Sequence record: NC_023568.1
Length of the DNA: 64,000 nucleotides
Reading direction: 5' to 3' (one strand)
Shown here: piece by piece, positions 1 through 9,693 of the stretch
Layout of the letters: each line of letters starts with the position of its first letter
How positions within the stretch are numbered: position 1 is the stretch's first letter
Translations under genes and position numbers: made by a program
Notes under the pieces: model-generated
Seen by the model: the letters and a program-made list of their open reading frames with translations, nothing else
What the model was told of the DNA's origin: nothing
Databases searched by the model: none

Positions 1-108
1 ACTCTGGCAGATAAAAGACAACGGTCAAGTTGTTTACGAATCGTATAATGAATATTGCCTTGAGGCATTTCTCAAAGGTGTTAGATATTCAGAACAGTAA
101 GCGCCTTT

Positions 109-435
109 ATGGCGCTTTTTGAGGTTATTATGAGACGACAAATCAATAGAATGAAAAACGATAATGGTGATTTCGAGCGTTATATGCGCACGCAAGCAGC
201 TAGATACGCTCGAAGAGAGATCATCAACAATATAGCCGATGACAATGACATCTTCTTAGTCGGTTCTTACACGATGTACAAAGATTGTGATGAAAAGGTT
301 GTTCTTCAGCTTGTACGATACGCAGGTTACGAGCGTGCTGAAGTTAAAGCAGTGCCGATTGTCGGTAGTCTTGTTGATTGTGTTAATGTCATTCACGGTG
401 TTGGGTTTAGAGTGGTGCTAAATAATGATAGTTAA
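109..435 (+). CDS. hypothetical protein
   Basis: 108 aa ORF, overlaps next gene. Confidence 0.6.
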   Translation: MALFEVIMRRQINRMKNDNGDFERYMRTQAARYARREIINNIADDNDIFLVGSYTMYKDCDEKVVLQLVRYAGYERAEVKAVPIVGSLVDCVNVIHGVGFRVVLNNDS

Positions 436-709
436 CATTGCTCATCATTCTTTTGATGTGTACATTGGTCGCGGCACCCCGTTTGGGAACCCATTTAAAT
501 CAGGGATTGACGGCACTCGAAGCGAAGTTATTGAGCTTTATCGCGAGTGGTTACGCATTCAATTACAAGACGACGAATTTAAAAAGCAGTTTATGCAACT
601 AAAAGGAAAGATTCTCGGTTGTCATTGTAAGCCTAAAGCGTGTCATGGTGATGTAATACTAGAAGAACTTGATAGATTGAGCAGCCCATTAAACAATTTT
701 ATAGGTTAA
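425..709 (+). CDS. DUF4326 family protein
   Basis: motifs YIGRGTPFGNPF and LKGKILGCHCKPKACHGDV. Confidence 0.8.
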   Translation: MIVNIAHHSFDVYIGRGTPFGNPFKSGIDGTRSEVIELYREWLRIQLQDDEFKKQFMQLKGKILGCHCKPKACHGDVILEELDRLSSPLNNFIG

Positions 710-712
710 TCT

Positions 713-1006
713 ATGAGAGAAGCAATTGCATTATTGAAAAACACGAAGATGAGTTATACGGATATTAGCGCGTTCGGCGACCCCGTAGTATATGTTCATG
801 CAGGTCATGAAACGATTTTGAAAGTAGAATACACTGAAGATTGCTACTCATTTTTCGATTACAGAAGCAAGTACCTCTATACTGAACAATCAATCGACGA
901 CTTAGAAATACATTTAAAATCAATAGATGTCGGTCTTGATGATGATCTACCATTGAATGGTAATATCGACAAAGACACGATACCAGACGGGGAATTTTTA
1001 GAGTGA
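713..1006 (+). CDS. hypothetical protein
   Basis: 97 aa ORF coupled to next gene. Confidence 0.6.
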   Translation: MREAIALLKNTKMSYTDISAFGDPVVYVHAGHETILKVEYTEDCYSFFDYRSKYLYTEQSIDDLEIHLKSIDVGLDDDLPLNGNIDKDTIPDGEFLE

Positions 1007-1923
1007 AATTTAGCGAATATCAAAGACTCAACGAGTCGTTAGATCGCCCTGCGAAATATAAACTCGTCCGAGAGTTACCAAATTTAAACGTGTATGCGTT
1101 TCAAGTTGATGGTGTTTATTATGAAATAGACATTCAGAAAGGTATTATACGTGAACCGAACGGGATGAAGTCTATGAAGGCTGAGGTGTCGTTCAAAGCT
1201 CTTGATGGTAGTGGTTATAATCTAACTAAGAAAGATGATAAAACAGCTCGTATCGTATTATCAACGGTTGTCGATGCTATTTTCAGTTTTGTTAGAGACA
1301 ATTCACCTGCTCAAATAACATATAGCGCGTTCAATGACGCTGATCAGCGTGATGCAGATAAACGTCTCAGACTGTATAAGATCATGACAAAGGCGAAACT
1401 TAGAGAATTCCCTCAGTATGATTACAGAAACGTAGGTCGTGAATTCATTGTGTATGATGTGGGTTATCAACAACGTGTAGATGACTTTTCACGTCGAGCA
1501 CGTCGTCCAGTCGGGTTTGAAGAACATAGCGACCATGTTGAAGTTAATTTATCTCACGCCAATGCATATGCATTTGTAAGAGCGTTTGAAGTTGAAGATG
1601 GTTCGATGATTAGTGGTGTTCTAGGGCAAGGTCGTGCAGTTGTAAAAGCGGCTGACGAAATTGCAGCTAGGTTACGTGTAAATCGCGTTGTGTATGAAAT
1701 GTCGGACAGGGAAGGTTGGTTAGCAGCACTACAGCACCCAATTTTCGACTATGGCGAGGGTCCCGAAGAAGATAGAACATATCTGGTTGGTGCATTCAAG
1801 AACTTCTATATCGTCTTGACTAGTCAAACAAGTCTAAAAATATACACCGACGATGCAGCGTTTACCAAATACGTGAATGCATTCGATGCGCCGTGGTTAA
1901 ACCCAGAAATAATGGAATCTTAA
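1003..1923 (+). CDS. candidate capsid-internal protein, paralog of 1925..2800
   Basis: N-terminus MKFSEYQRLNE resembles T4 capsid-targeting sequence; shares N-terminal domain with next ORF. Confidence 0.5.
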   Translation: MKFSEYQRLNESLDRPAKYKLVRELPNLNVYAFQVDGVYYEIDIQKGIIREPNGMKSMKAEVSFKALDGSGYNLTKKDDKTARIVLSTVVDAIFSFVRDNSPAQITYSAFNDADQRDADKRLRLYKIMTKAKLREFPQYDYRNVGREFIVYDVGYQQRVDDFSRRARRPVGFEEHSDHVEVNLSHANAYAFVRAFEVEDGSMISGVLGQGRAVVKAADEIAARLRVNRVVYEMSDREGWLAALQHPIFDYGEGPEEDRTYLVGAFKNFYIVLTSQTSLKIYTDDAAFTKYVNAFDAPWLNPEIMES

Positions 1924-1924
1924 A

Positions 1925-2800
1925 ATGAAATTTAGCGAATATCAAAACGAGCTAACAGAAGCGTTTAACCGCGCTGCACCCATAACAGCACGACGTGGTA
2001 ATCAGAGTTACTTCGAAATAGACGGCGCTGAGTATATGATTGGTCTGTATTATGAAGAAGATCGCAAAGCTCTAGGCGTGGATTTTATGCATAAGCCAGC
2101 GGGTGCAATGTCTTACAATTACAGCCTAGCAAAGGGTGATTCTAAAGACGCGATGACTGTTTTCGCCACGGTTATTTCTGAAATTAAGCACGTGATGCAA
2201 AACAACATCGTAAATCGAATCACATTCGCAGCATTTAATGACACAAATCGTTCTGATTCCCGTAAGCGTACTCGATTATACAAAAGAATGGCTGAACGAT
2301 TTGCCAAAGATTTAGGTTTCAAATTGAGAGTATCAAATGAATCTGAAGGTGCGTCATTCGTGATGGAACGAATCGTTCCTATTGAAGACCCAAAGCCTGT
2401 TTACACTGATAACCCGACTGGTTATGATACAGAAATGGGAACTGAATTGCTCGATTTACCTACAATCAACGACGCTGCTATTGTTAAAGTAACGGGTGGT
2501 GATGGTATTTGGTATCTTCGTGGCGGTCACTCGTTAAACATCGAAGCTGGTATTGTTGAACTTTCGGCAGGTAGCATCAATGATGATGTTGCTTGGTATA
2601 AATCATTTTACCCGTTAGAGTGGTATTATGAACCTGAAGACGAGCTTTTCTACGATGATGAGCAACGTATAGCAATGATTTCTGGTAAGATCTGGGTAAT
2701 CAATGGAAATGAGATCACCGTTTGGAGTGATGTTAGTTCTCTTGAAGCCCAAAGTGATTCGAAATTGAGTCAAGCAACGTTAGAACGAATTGGTGCTTAA
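1925..2800 (+). CDS. candidate capsid-internal protein, paralog of 1003..1923
   Basis: N-terminus MKFSEYQNELTE; shared AFND...KR.RLYK motif. Confidence 0.5.
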   Translation: MKFSEYQNELTEAFNRAAPITARRGNQSYFEIDGAEYMIGLYYEEDRKALGVDFMHKPAGAMSYNYSLAKGDSKDAMTVFATVISEIKHVMQNNIVNRITFAAFNDTNRSDSRKRTRLYKRMAERFAKDLGFKLRVSNESEGASFVMERIVPIEDPKPVYTDNPTGYDTEMGTELLDLPTINDAAIVKVTGGDGIWYLRGGHSLNIEAGIVELSAGSINDDVAWYKSFYPLEWYYEPEDELFYDDEQRIAMISGKIWVINGNEITVWSDVSSLEAQSDSKLSQATLERIGA

Positions 2801-2805
2801 ATACA

Positions 2806-2831
2806 GAAAGGTAGCTTCGGCTACCTTTTTT
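2806..2831 (+). terminator. intrinsic terminator
   Basis: GAAAGGTAGC-TTCG-GCTACCTTTTTT. Confidence 0.85.
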
Positions 2832-2842
2832 CGTTTTAGAGC

Positions 2843-2928
2843 AAAAAAACGGTTGCATGAATTTCACGAAACGCCTATTATAGCTACATCGAAACGACAT
2901 CGACTACTAACAAAGAGAGAACATTATG
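2843..2928 (+). promoter_or_regulatory. repeated early promoter plus RBS cassette
   Basis: A-tract, GGTTGC, TATTAT, AGCTACATCGAAACGA, GAGAGAACATTATG; recurs across the window. Confidence 0.8.
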
Positions 2929-3120
2929 AAAGCACGCATCAATCAAGGTTTTGGCAAATACACTGAAGTTGAAATCGTTTCACACGACGAAAACTCAGTA
3001 AACCGTCTTGGTAACAAAGACAACTACACTGTTAGAATCACAGGCGGTGTTGACTGTTTCGGCAAACCTGCTAAAATCGGTGCTGTTCAGACAGTTCAAG
3101 CATCAAACATCGAATTTTAA
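2926..3120 (+). CDS. hypothetical early protein
   Basis: 64 aa ORF directly after promoter/RBS cassette. Confidence 0.7.
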   Translation: MKARINQGFGKYTEVEIVSHDENSVNRLGNKDNYTVRITGGVDCFGKPAKIGAVQTVQASNIEF

Positions 3121-3132
3121 GAGGTAACAAAC

Positions 3133-3432
3133 ATGGATATTACTGGTAAGTTAGAACTATCAATGAAGCAGTTTGTGAACACAGGGTTCAACCCGAATAA
3201 AACTCACATTCTAGTTGGTCAAGCAAGCGGTCACTCAATCGAGCGATTCAATGACGCAGGCGAAATCATGACTTCTAATGTCATGTATGTTGAAATCAAT
3301 GGCGGTATTGTGTATGCTGTGACGCACTCTAAGAGTCGTTATCAACTAACCAACGTGTCTTTTGACGAGATTACGCAAATGATTAAAGACGCTGCTGAAC
3401 GCGGTATTAACATTCCGCTTTACAACAACTAG
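3133..3432 (+). CDS. hypothetical protein
   Basis: 99 aa ORF with GAGG RBS. Confidence 0.7.
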   Translation: MDITGKLELSMKQFVNTGFNPNKTHILVGQASGHSIERFNDAGEIMTSNVMYVEINGGIVYAVTHSKSRYQLTNVSFDEITQMIKDAAERGINIPLYNN

Positions 3433-3493
3433 AAATTCTGCTTTAATACAAACGAATTCACTATTTTTGATTACTTTTTGAGAGAAATATATT

Positions 3494-3811
3494 ATGACTA
3501 CATTCAACGTTAACTTCACTGCTGCAATCGAACTTACTTCTAAAGAATTCGTTGAGACGAATCGCATCAAAGGTCGTTTCTTCAATTCAATGGTTGGTCA
3601 TGAGCAAGGCGAGCACGCATTAACTGCGCCGATTGAATCATTCAAAGTAATCGACAACAAAGTATACGCAGAGACGCGCAACGCAGTATACCACATTCGT
3701 AACCTATCTGCTGTTGCTCTTGCTGACTTCAACACAATCAACGCACCAGTTTACGTAAAGAAAGCTGATGCGAAGTTTGATGAACTAGTTAAAGCTGCTC
3801 TGTTATCGTAA
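3494..3811 (+). CDS. hypothetical protein
   Basis: 105 aa ORF with GAGAGA RBS. Confidence 0.7.
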   Translation: MTTFNVNFTAAIELTSKEFVETNRIKGRFFNSMVGHEQGEHALTAPIESFKVIDNKVYAETRNAVYHIRNLSAVALADFNTINAPVYVKKADAKFDELVKAALLS

Positions 3812-4263
3812 TGTTCCCGAAGAACAAAAGCTATTATGACTTGGTGTATCTTGACATCGCCAAGTCATTTGCTAAGAAAAGCACCTGCACACAGAAGCAA
3901 GTAGGTGCTGTCATCGTCAAGAATGATCGTATTATCTCACACGGTTACAATGGTACACCGTCAGGTATGCTTCACTGTAAAGATACCGATGACTTCGGTG
4001 ATTTAACTCACCGTCAATGGTCAGAAATTCACGAGATACATGCGGAACAAAACGCGATTTGCTACGCTGCACGCGCTGGCATATCTACTGAAGGCGCGAC
4101 TATGTATGTTACAACGTCGCCGTGTCATAACTGTGCCAAGCTGATAGTCGCGGCTGGTATCAAAATTCTCATTGTAGGTTCGATTTACAGCGGTTCACAA
4201 CCCGATTGGTGGCATTGGCTAGATGCTCGTGGTGTGAAAGTTATTATGTTCGAAGACGAATAA
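3811..4263 (+). CDS. cd: dCMP deaminase
   Basis: GYNG, HAEQNA and PCHNC zinc-deaminase motifs. Confidence 0.92.
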   Translation: MFPKNKSYYDLVYLDIAKSFAKKSTCTQKQVGAVIVKNDRIISHGYNGTPSGMLHCKDTDDFGDLTHRQWSEIHEIHAEQNAICYAARAGISTEGATMYVTTSPCHNCAKLIVAAGIKILIVGSIYSGSQPDWWHWLDARGVKVIMFEDE

Positions 4264-4317
4264 TGTTTAATATAAGTAATTCGGACTTATAATAGAGCTT
4301 TAACAAGAGAGAAACAT

Positions 4318-5250
4318 ATGAAAAGTACAATGTTTTTAAACAACATCACATGCATCGATCACGCATACGTTGATGAAAACGGTAAAATTAACGGTATGAG
4401 TTACAATCTATGTGTTGAAATCACCGGCGAAGTAGATGAAACTGAGCAAGTCGTAATTGACTTCAGCGGTTGCAAGAAAGCGATCAAGCAGTTAGTAGAC
4501 GAATCTGAACACGCAATTGATCACCGTCTAGTTCTTGTCAACGGATACAGTGAATATGTGTTAAGCGATATTGAAAATCGTGACCGTACACAAATCGACT
4601 CTCCGTTATTCACTGCTGTTTCGTCTGTCAATGACTGGTATCAAGAGATCGTCGATGTATCGCTATTCGATACTGATCTTCACATCCCGTCGGATACGCT
4701 GTACATGAACTATCTAACCGAGTATCTTGAAAATATGTTGCTGAAGCAGCTTAAACTACAAGGCTATCCGGTCACACACGTCACTGTAGAGCTTTCAGAG
4801 AGCTTTGACTTGCCATCATGGGCAAACACGCACGTTTCATTTCATTACGCTCATGGCTTGCGTTCTAGCTCTTCTTATGGGTGTCAGAACATTGCACATG
4901 GACATCGTTCGTTCATTGCAGTTGATGCCATGTTAAACAGTCGTGGTCGCAAAGTACTGGAGCGCATTGCTGAAGAAATGAGCGGCTACATCGTATGGAA
5001 CGACAATCTAACTGCGGAAGGTGCGGTAGCGTATTGTTCACAGCGTGGTAATTTCTATTTGAACATCGATTCAGAAGAAACAATCGTAATCAACACTGAA
5101 ACTACAGTTGAAAATCTCGCGAACTACATTGCAAAAACATACGAAGACGAGTTTCAGCGTATGGGTGTACAGCGTGTATGGGTATCTGAAGGTCTTTCGA
5201 AAGGCGCAGTCGTTGACATCAAAATCAACAAAGAATTACTCTATAAGTAA
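4318..5250 (+). CDS. queD: QueD/6-pyruvoyl-tetrahydropterin synthase-like, two-domain
   Basis: DHAY..G.SY, DHRL, HYAHG..CQNIAHGHRS, TTVENLA; first gene of deazaguanine cluster. Confidence 0.7.
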   Translation: MKSTMFLNNITCIDHAYVDENGKINGMSYNLCVEITGEVDETEQVVIDFSGCKKAIKQLVDESEHAIDHRLVLVNGYSEYVLSDIENRDRTQIDSPLFTAVSSVNDWYQEIVDVSLFDTDLHIPSDTLYMNYLTEYLENMLLKQLKLQGYPVTHVTVELSESFDLPSWANTHVSFHYAHGLRSSSSYGCQNIAHGHRSFIAVDAMLNSRGRKVLERIAEEMSGYIVWNDNLTAEGAVAYCSQRGNFYLNIDSEETIVINTETTVENLANYIAKTYEDEFQRMGVQRVWVSEGLSKGAVVDIKINKELLYK

Positions 5251-5265
5251 TCAACAATTAATGTT

Positions 5266-5299
5266 TAGTAGCACGCTTCGGCGTGCTATTATTGTTTTC
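5266..5299 (+). terminator. UUCG hairpin, weak terminator or mRNA stabiliser
   Basis: AGTAGCACGC-TTCG-GCGTGCTATT with broken U tract. Confidence 0.55.
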
Positions 5300-5317
5300 T
5301 GACTAAGAGGAAATAGA

Positions 5318-5986
5318 ATGTTAGACAAAAATAAAGTAGATCCAATTCTTGGACAAAAAGTTGAAGCGCATCTTCGTGAAATCGGAATGCACACGCCGAC
5401 TGTTGAAAACGGTCTAACTGATGATGAAAAGAAAGTAATTCTTGAAGATCGATTCACTGACATCATGCAAGCTCTAGGTCTTGACCTTACTGACGATTCG
5501 CTTGTTGATACACCGAAGCGTTGGGCTAAGATGATGGTCAATGAACTCATGAGCGGTCTATCACCAGATATGTTCCCTAAATGTACTGCTGTAGACAACA
5601 AAATGAACTACGATCAGATGGTTTGTGAAAAAGGCATTACTGTTCTTTCACAATGTGAGCATCACATCGTAACAATCGACGGCTTTGCAACAGTTGCATA
5701 TATCCCAAATAAGAAAGTACTTGGTCTTTCTAAGATGAATCGCATCGTCGAGTACTTTGCTCGACGCCCACAGATTCAAGAGCGTTTGACTGTTCAAATC
5801 GCTGAAGCACTGAAGTTCATTCTTGAAACTGAAGACGTGGCAGTATTGATCGACGCAAAACACTATTGCGTCAAGGCACGCGGTGTTGAAGACAACAACT
5901 CAAGCACTGTTACAAGTCACCTATCAGGTGCATTTCGTACCGAACCAGAAGCACGCGCCGAATTCATGTCTCTAGCACGAGGGTAA
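5318..5986 (+). CDS. folE: GTP cyclohydrolase I
   Basis: DTPKR, CEHH, LGLSK..R..RPQIQERLT, HYCVKARG. Confidence 0.95.
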   Translation: MLDKNKVDPILGQKVEAHLREIGMHTPTVENGLTDDEKKVILEDRFTDIMQALGLDLTDDSLVDTPKRWAKMMVNELMSGLSPDMFPKCTAVDNKMNYDQMVCEKGITVLSQCEHHIVTIDGFATVAYIPNKKVLGLSKMNRIVEYFARRPQIQERLTVQIAEALKFILETEDVAVLIDAKHYCVKARGVEDNNSSTVTSHLSGAFRTEPEARAEFMSLARG

Positions 5987-5989
5987 TTG

Positions 5990-7366
5990 ATGATAATTGA
6001 ATACGTTATGTCTGCGACGGGTCATGCTCGTCTTGGTGCAGCACATAAACTAATGGACGTGGTTGACACGTCCTATTTGCGTAAAATACTAGACACAGCA
6101 CAAGATCTCGACGGTGTTCATAAAATCAGTATGTTGTATAACGCATACACTGAAAAGAAAGTCGGTAAGCAAATTAAAGACTTGTTCGGTGATTCTGTAT
6201 ACAAGATTCATGTCGATTCTGGCGGTCTTCAGATTGTTAACTTAGGTCTAGAGAATACACCAGAACTTCGTAAAGCAGTTTACGAGAATCAAGCAGAGTC
6301 TGGTGATATTGGCATGTGTTTCGATGAAATCCCGTTGCACAATGAAGCACAAGGTGGTGGTTCTGCTCGTATCAACACGAAAGACAAGGTCTTCATGTAT
6401 GATCTAGCGTACAAATACGGTGTTAAAACAGGTAAGAACATACGCGCTCAGATTGAAACATATCTTGAGAAAGAAAGCGATTGTAAACCGTACATAATCT
6501 TACAAGGCAACTCAGACGATGACTTTAAGGCATTCAGTGATGGTATAATGTCACAACTTGAAGGCGTTGAGCATCACATTGCTGGGTGTGCTGCTGCCGA
6601 TACATGTATTGGTAATGGCGTGCGTGAGTCTATTGACATGATGAGTGTCATTCCGAAGCTCAACATCCCAGATAAAGCAAAGAAATCTGTGCATATGCTA
6701 GGTGTCGGTTCTGTTAAGCGATTGTTGCCTGCTGTAGCTCTTATCAGAAGCGGTTATTTCGGTGATGATTTTCACATTAGCTACGACTCATCAACTCACA
6801 CTGGTTGTTTAACCAATCGTGAATACACAGATAAGCTCGGTCGTCGTCGTAAGATCTCAGGTCACGGCATCTTTAAAGATGGTAAGAAATTACCGTCGCG
6901 TGAACTAGATGAAATGCTAGATGAAGTGTGGGGTCGTTTCGGTCATGTGTTACCTCGGGGTAAGGAAGAGTTCAAAGAGTTCGCAACACGATTGTGGTTG
7001 AAAGAACTCGACAAAGAAACGATGACAGACGAAGATATTGTGTTTGAAGTTGCTTGTAATATGTGTATAATCTTATCACAAGTCAATAATTTCCAAGCAA
7101 TCATCTCCGAAACGTTTGACTTGAATACACCGAAAGCAGTTGATTTATCATCATTCTTCGATGGTTCTGTTGAGAAAAAAGAGCCGCAATCGGGCTTCAA
7201 GCATTGGTCGAAAGAACGTCGTCTAGACGTTTTAAACAAATTACTTGATGTGAAAGACGTTGCTGCATATCAGCGATGGCACGCAAGTCATATTGACAAG
7301 CTACCATCTATGCGTATTCGTCGCGGTACAACTGCTGAATTCCCAGCTTTCAAAGAACAAGAATAG
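5990..7366 (+). CDS. dpdA: DpdA/TGT-fold 7-deazaguanine transglycosylase (DpdA3-like)
   Basis: TGT motifs DSGGLQ, FDEIP, ILQG, HMLGVG, YDSSTH; no CxCxxC zinc site; lies inside fol/que cluster. Confidence 0.7.
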   Translation: MIIEYVMSATGHARLGAAHKLMDVVDTSYLRKILDTAQDLDGVHKISMLYNAYTEKKVGKQIKDLFGDSVYKIHVDSGGLQIVNLGLENTPELRKAVYENQAESGDIGMCFDEIPLHNEAQGGGSARINTKDKVFMYDLAYKYGVKTGKNIRAQIETYLEKESDCKPYIILQGNSDDDFKAFSDGIMSQLEGVEHHIAGCAAADTCIGNGVRESIDMMSVIPKLNIPDKAKKSVHMLGVGSVKRLLPAVALIRSGYFGDDFHISYDSSTHTGCLTNREYTDKLGRRRKISGHGIFKDGKKLPSRELDEMLDEVWGRFGHVLPRGKEEFKEFATRLWLKELDKETMTDEDIVFEVACNMCIILSQVNNFQAIISETFDLNTPKAVDLSSFFDGSVEKKEPQSGFKHWSKERRLDVLNKLLDVKDVAAYQRWHASHIDKLPSMRIRRGTTAEFPAFKEQE

Positions 7367-7395
7367 CGCCTACGGGCGCTCTTTATGAGGTATAC

Positions 7396-8304
7396 ATGAG
7401 CAATTATGATGAAGTATCAGCTATTGCGGCTGAGCATTTAGGTAAAAAAGCTGGCGATTACAGCGATTTCGTTAATATCGTAGACGTTCGACCAGATTTA
7501 CTTGTACCAATCCCGCGTGAGCTAAATCGAACTGATTACGGTATCACAAACGAAGACTTTGCAGGGTTTGATACATGGCATGGCTTCGAAGTATCGGCAC
7601 TGACTGAACAAGGTCTGCCTGTATCTGGTATGGCGAAAGTCGTGTACCCAAGCGATTCACCGAATATCGTTGAAAGTAAATCAATGAAACTGTATTGGAA
7701 CAGCTTCAACATGGCTAAAGTCGCTGCGACTCGTGCTGAAGTACAAGGTGCAATTGAAGCTATCGCGTCGCGTGATCTATCTGAAGTCATCGGTGCTGAA
7801 GTACAAGTGAGCTTCTTCACAGTCAGATCAACACAACCGCACGGTATGACAGGGTATGCAGAACTCGACAAATACGTATCTGAAGACACTGTATTCGACT
7901 CAGAAAGCGGTGCAGATGCTGATTTACTGCAAGAATCTCACGTGAAGCGCATGAAAGTGTTCACGCCGAATCTACGTTCTAACTGTCGCGTGACGCATCA
8001 ACCAGATTTCGGTGATCTGTATGTATACATGAAAGGTGAAAAAACACCAACTATTGACAGTCTCATGCAATACATCGTGTCATTCCGTAAAGAGAATCAT
8101 TTCCATGAAGAATGTGTTGAAATGATTTACAAAGCGTTACTTGATAAGTTCGACCCACAAGAGCTTATGGTAACAGCGTTATACACACGTCGCGGCGGTT
8201 GGAATATCTGCCCAGCACGTGCAACGCATGAAGAACTACTACCAGAAGCACTTGGTAGTGAAGTTGTCTCGCACACTAACGGAAGTTGTTTATTCCGTCA
8301 GTAA
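7396..8304 (+). CDS. queF: 7-cyano-7-deazaguanine reductase (bimodular QueF)
   Basis: VESKSMKLY, SNCRVTHQPDFG, FHEEC, YTRRGG. Confidence 0.92.
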   Translation: MSNYDEVSAIAAEHLGKKAGDYSDFVNIVDVRPDLLVPIPRELNRTDYGITNEDFAGFDTWHGFEVSALTEQGLPVSGMAKVVYPSDSPNIVESKSMKLYWNSFNMAKVAATRAEVQGAIEAIASRDLSEVIGAEVQVSFFTVRSTQPHGMTGYAELDKYVSEDTVFDSESGADADLLQESHVKRMKVFTPNLRSNCRVTHQPDFGDLYVYMKGEKTPTIDSLMQYIVSFRKENHFHEECVEMIYKALLDKFDPQELMVTALYTRRGGWNICPARATHEELLPEALGSEVVSHTNGSCLFRQ

Positions 8305-8359
8305 TAAGAGCTATGATGAGTGTTCAATTGTGAGCACTCATATACTTGAGAGGTTAAAA

Positions 8360-9076
8360 ATGAAAGTAGTATCTGTTCTAAGCGGTGGCTTGGACTCAAC
8401 AATCCTTACGTACAAACTAGTAGATGAATACGGCAAAGACAATGTGTTTGCATTATCGTTCTACTACGGTCAAAAACAGTCAATTGAGCTAGAAAAAGCT
8501 AAATTGACTTGTCAAAAGCTCGGTATCGAGCATCGTCTAATCGACATCTCATTCTTAGGTGAAGTGGTAGCACCTGTATGTGCAAATATCGCTGGTTCAG
8601 ATGTTGCTATGCCAACTATTCAAGACGTTCTAGGCGACCCTCAACCGCCAACTGAAGTTCCATATCGTAATATGCTATTGAACACAATCGCGTTCTCATT
8701 CGCGCAAGCAAATGGCTGTGCAGCGGTTTTTACTGGCATTCAAGTGCATGACGCATACGGTTACTGGGACTGCACACAAGACTTTCTTGACGGCATGAAC
8801 AATCTATCTGCACTGAATCGTCAACACGAGATTGCATTACTTGCTCCGTTCGCTCGTATGTCAAAGGCAGATGAAATCGCTATTGGTGTTAAGCTCGGTG
8901 TACCGTTTGAAGATAGTCTAACGTGTTACGACCCTAACGAAGCAGGTGAAAGCTGTGGTAAATGTCCGTCATGTGCTGAACGCATCATGAACTTCGGTAA
9001 AGCGGGTATTAAAGACCCAGCACCTTACTCGATTGATATCCCATGGGAACAAGTATTTGCTAAGGCAGGTCATTAA
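8360..9076 (+). CDS. queC: 7-cyano-7-deazaguanine synthase
   Basis: SGGLDS, YGQKQ, VPYRN, YWDC, SLTCY..CGKCPSC..R; start reassigned to ATG after GAGAGG. Confidence 0.95.
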   Translation: MKVVSVLSGGLDSTILTYKLVDEYGKDNVFALSFYYGQKQSIELEKAKLTCQKLGIEHRLIDISFLGEVVAPVCANIAGSDVAMPTIQDVLGDPQPPTEVPYRNMLLNTIAFSFAQANGCAAVFTGIQVHDAYGYWDCTQDFLDGMNNLSALNRQHEIALLAPFARMSKADEIAIGVKLGVPFEDSLTCYDPNEAGESCGKCPSCAERIMNFGKAGIKDPAPYSIDIPWEQVFAKAGH

Positions 9077-9684
9077 TGTGTGGACTATTTGCTGCTAGAA
9101 GCAAGCAAGAGCTTATTGAATTGTCAAAGAGTAATATTCATCGTGGTTCGCGTACTCACTCTGTGAGTACGTTTAAGAACGGTCATGTGACGGTTCACAA
9201 GTTTACAGGGGCGTTCAATACAACTAATGTGCCTGATAGTGCAGATTTTTATATCTGTCATGTACAAGCACCAACGGGAACAAGTGCTCAAGCACATCCC
9301 GCTATTGTAACAATTGAAGAGAACGGTCAGTTGCATGATTCACACGTGTGGCATAATGGCATTCTTAAAGATCATTACATGAAAAAACAGACTCAAGAAT
9401 GGGATACTGCACACATCGCTGAAGCGATTTGCTACGGCAAATTAAACGAACTTGACGGTACGTTTGCTTGTTTTCACTTCATTAACGGCAATTTGCGTGT
9501 ATTTCGTAATGAAATTAGCCCGTTGTTCATGAGCGAAGACGGTACATCGTTTAGCAGCACGCGAACGATTTTAACTCCAGAGCATGTTGAGCCAAATAAA
9601 GTGTTTAACATCGACTTGAAGACGTTTAAGATGACAGTCGTAAACGAGTTCAAGACTCTTGAAAATCCCTATTTCTTTATGTGA
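9076..9684 (+). CDS. class II glutamine amidotransferase-like protein
   Basis: N-terminal MCG, HRG, H.QAPT, AHP, WHNG, DGTFA; coupled to queC. Confidence 0.75.
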   Translation: MCGLFAARSKQELIELSKSNIHRGSRTHSVSTFKNGHVTVHKFTGAFNTTNVPDSADFYICHVQAPTGTSAQAHPAIVTIEENGQLHDSHVWHNGILKDHYMKKQTQEWDTAHIAEAICYGKLNELDGTFACFHFINGNLRVFRNEISPLFMSEDGTSFSSTRTILTPEHVEPNKVFNIDLKTFKMTVVNEFKTLENPYFFM

Positions 9685-9693
9685 GGTTAAAAC

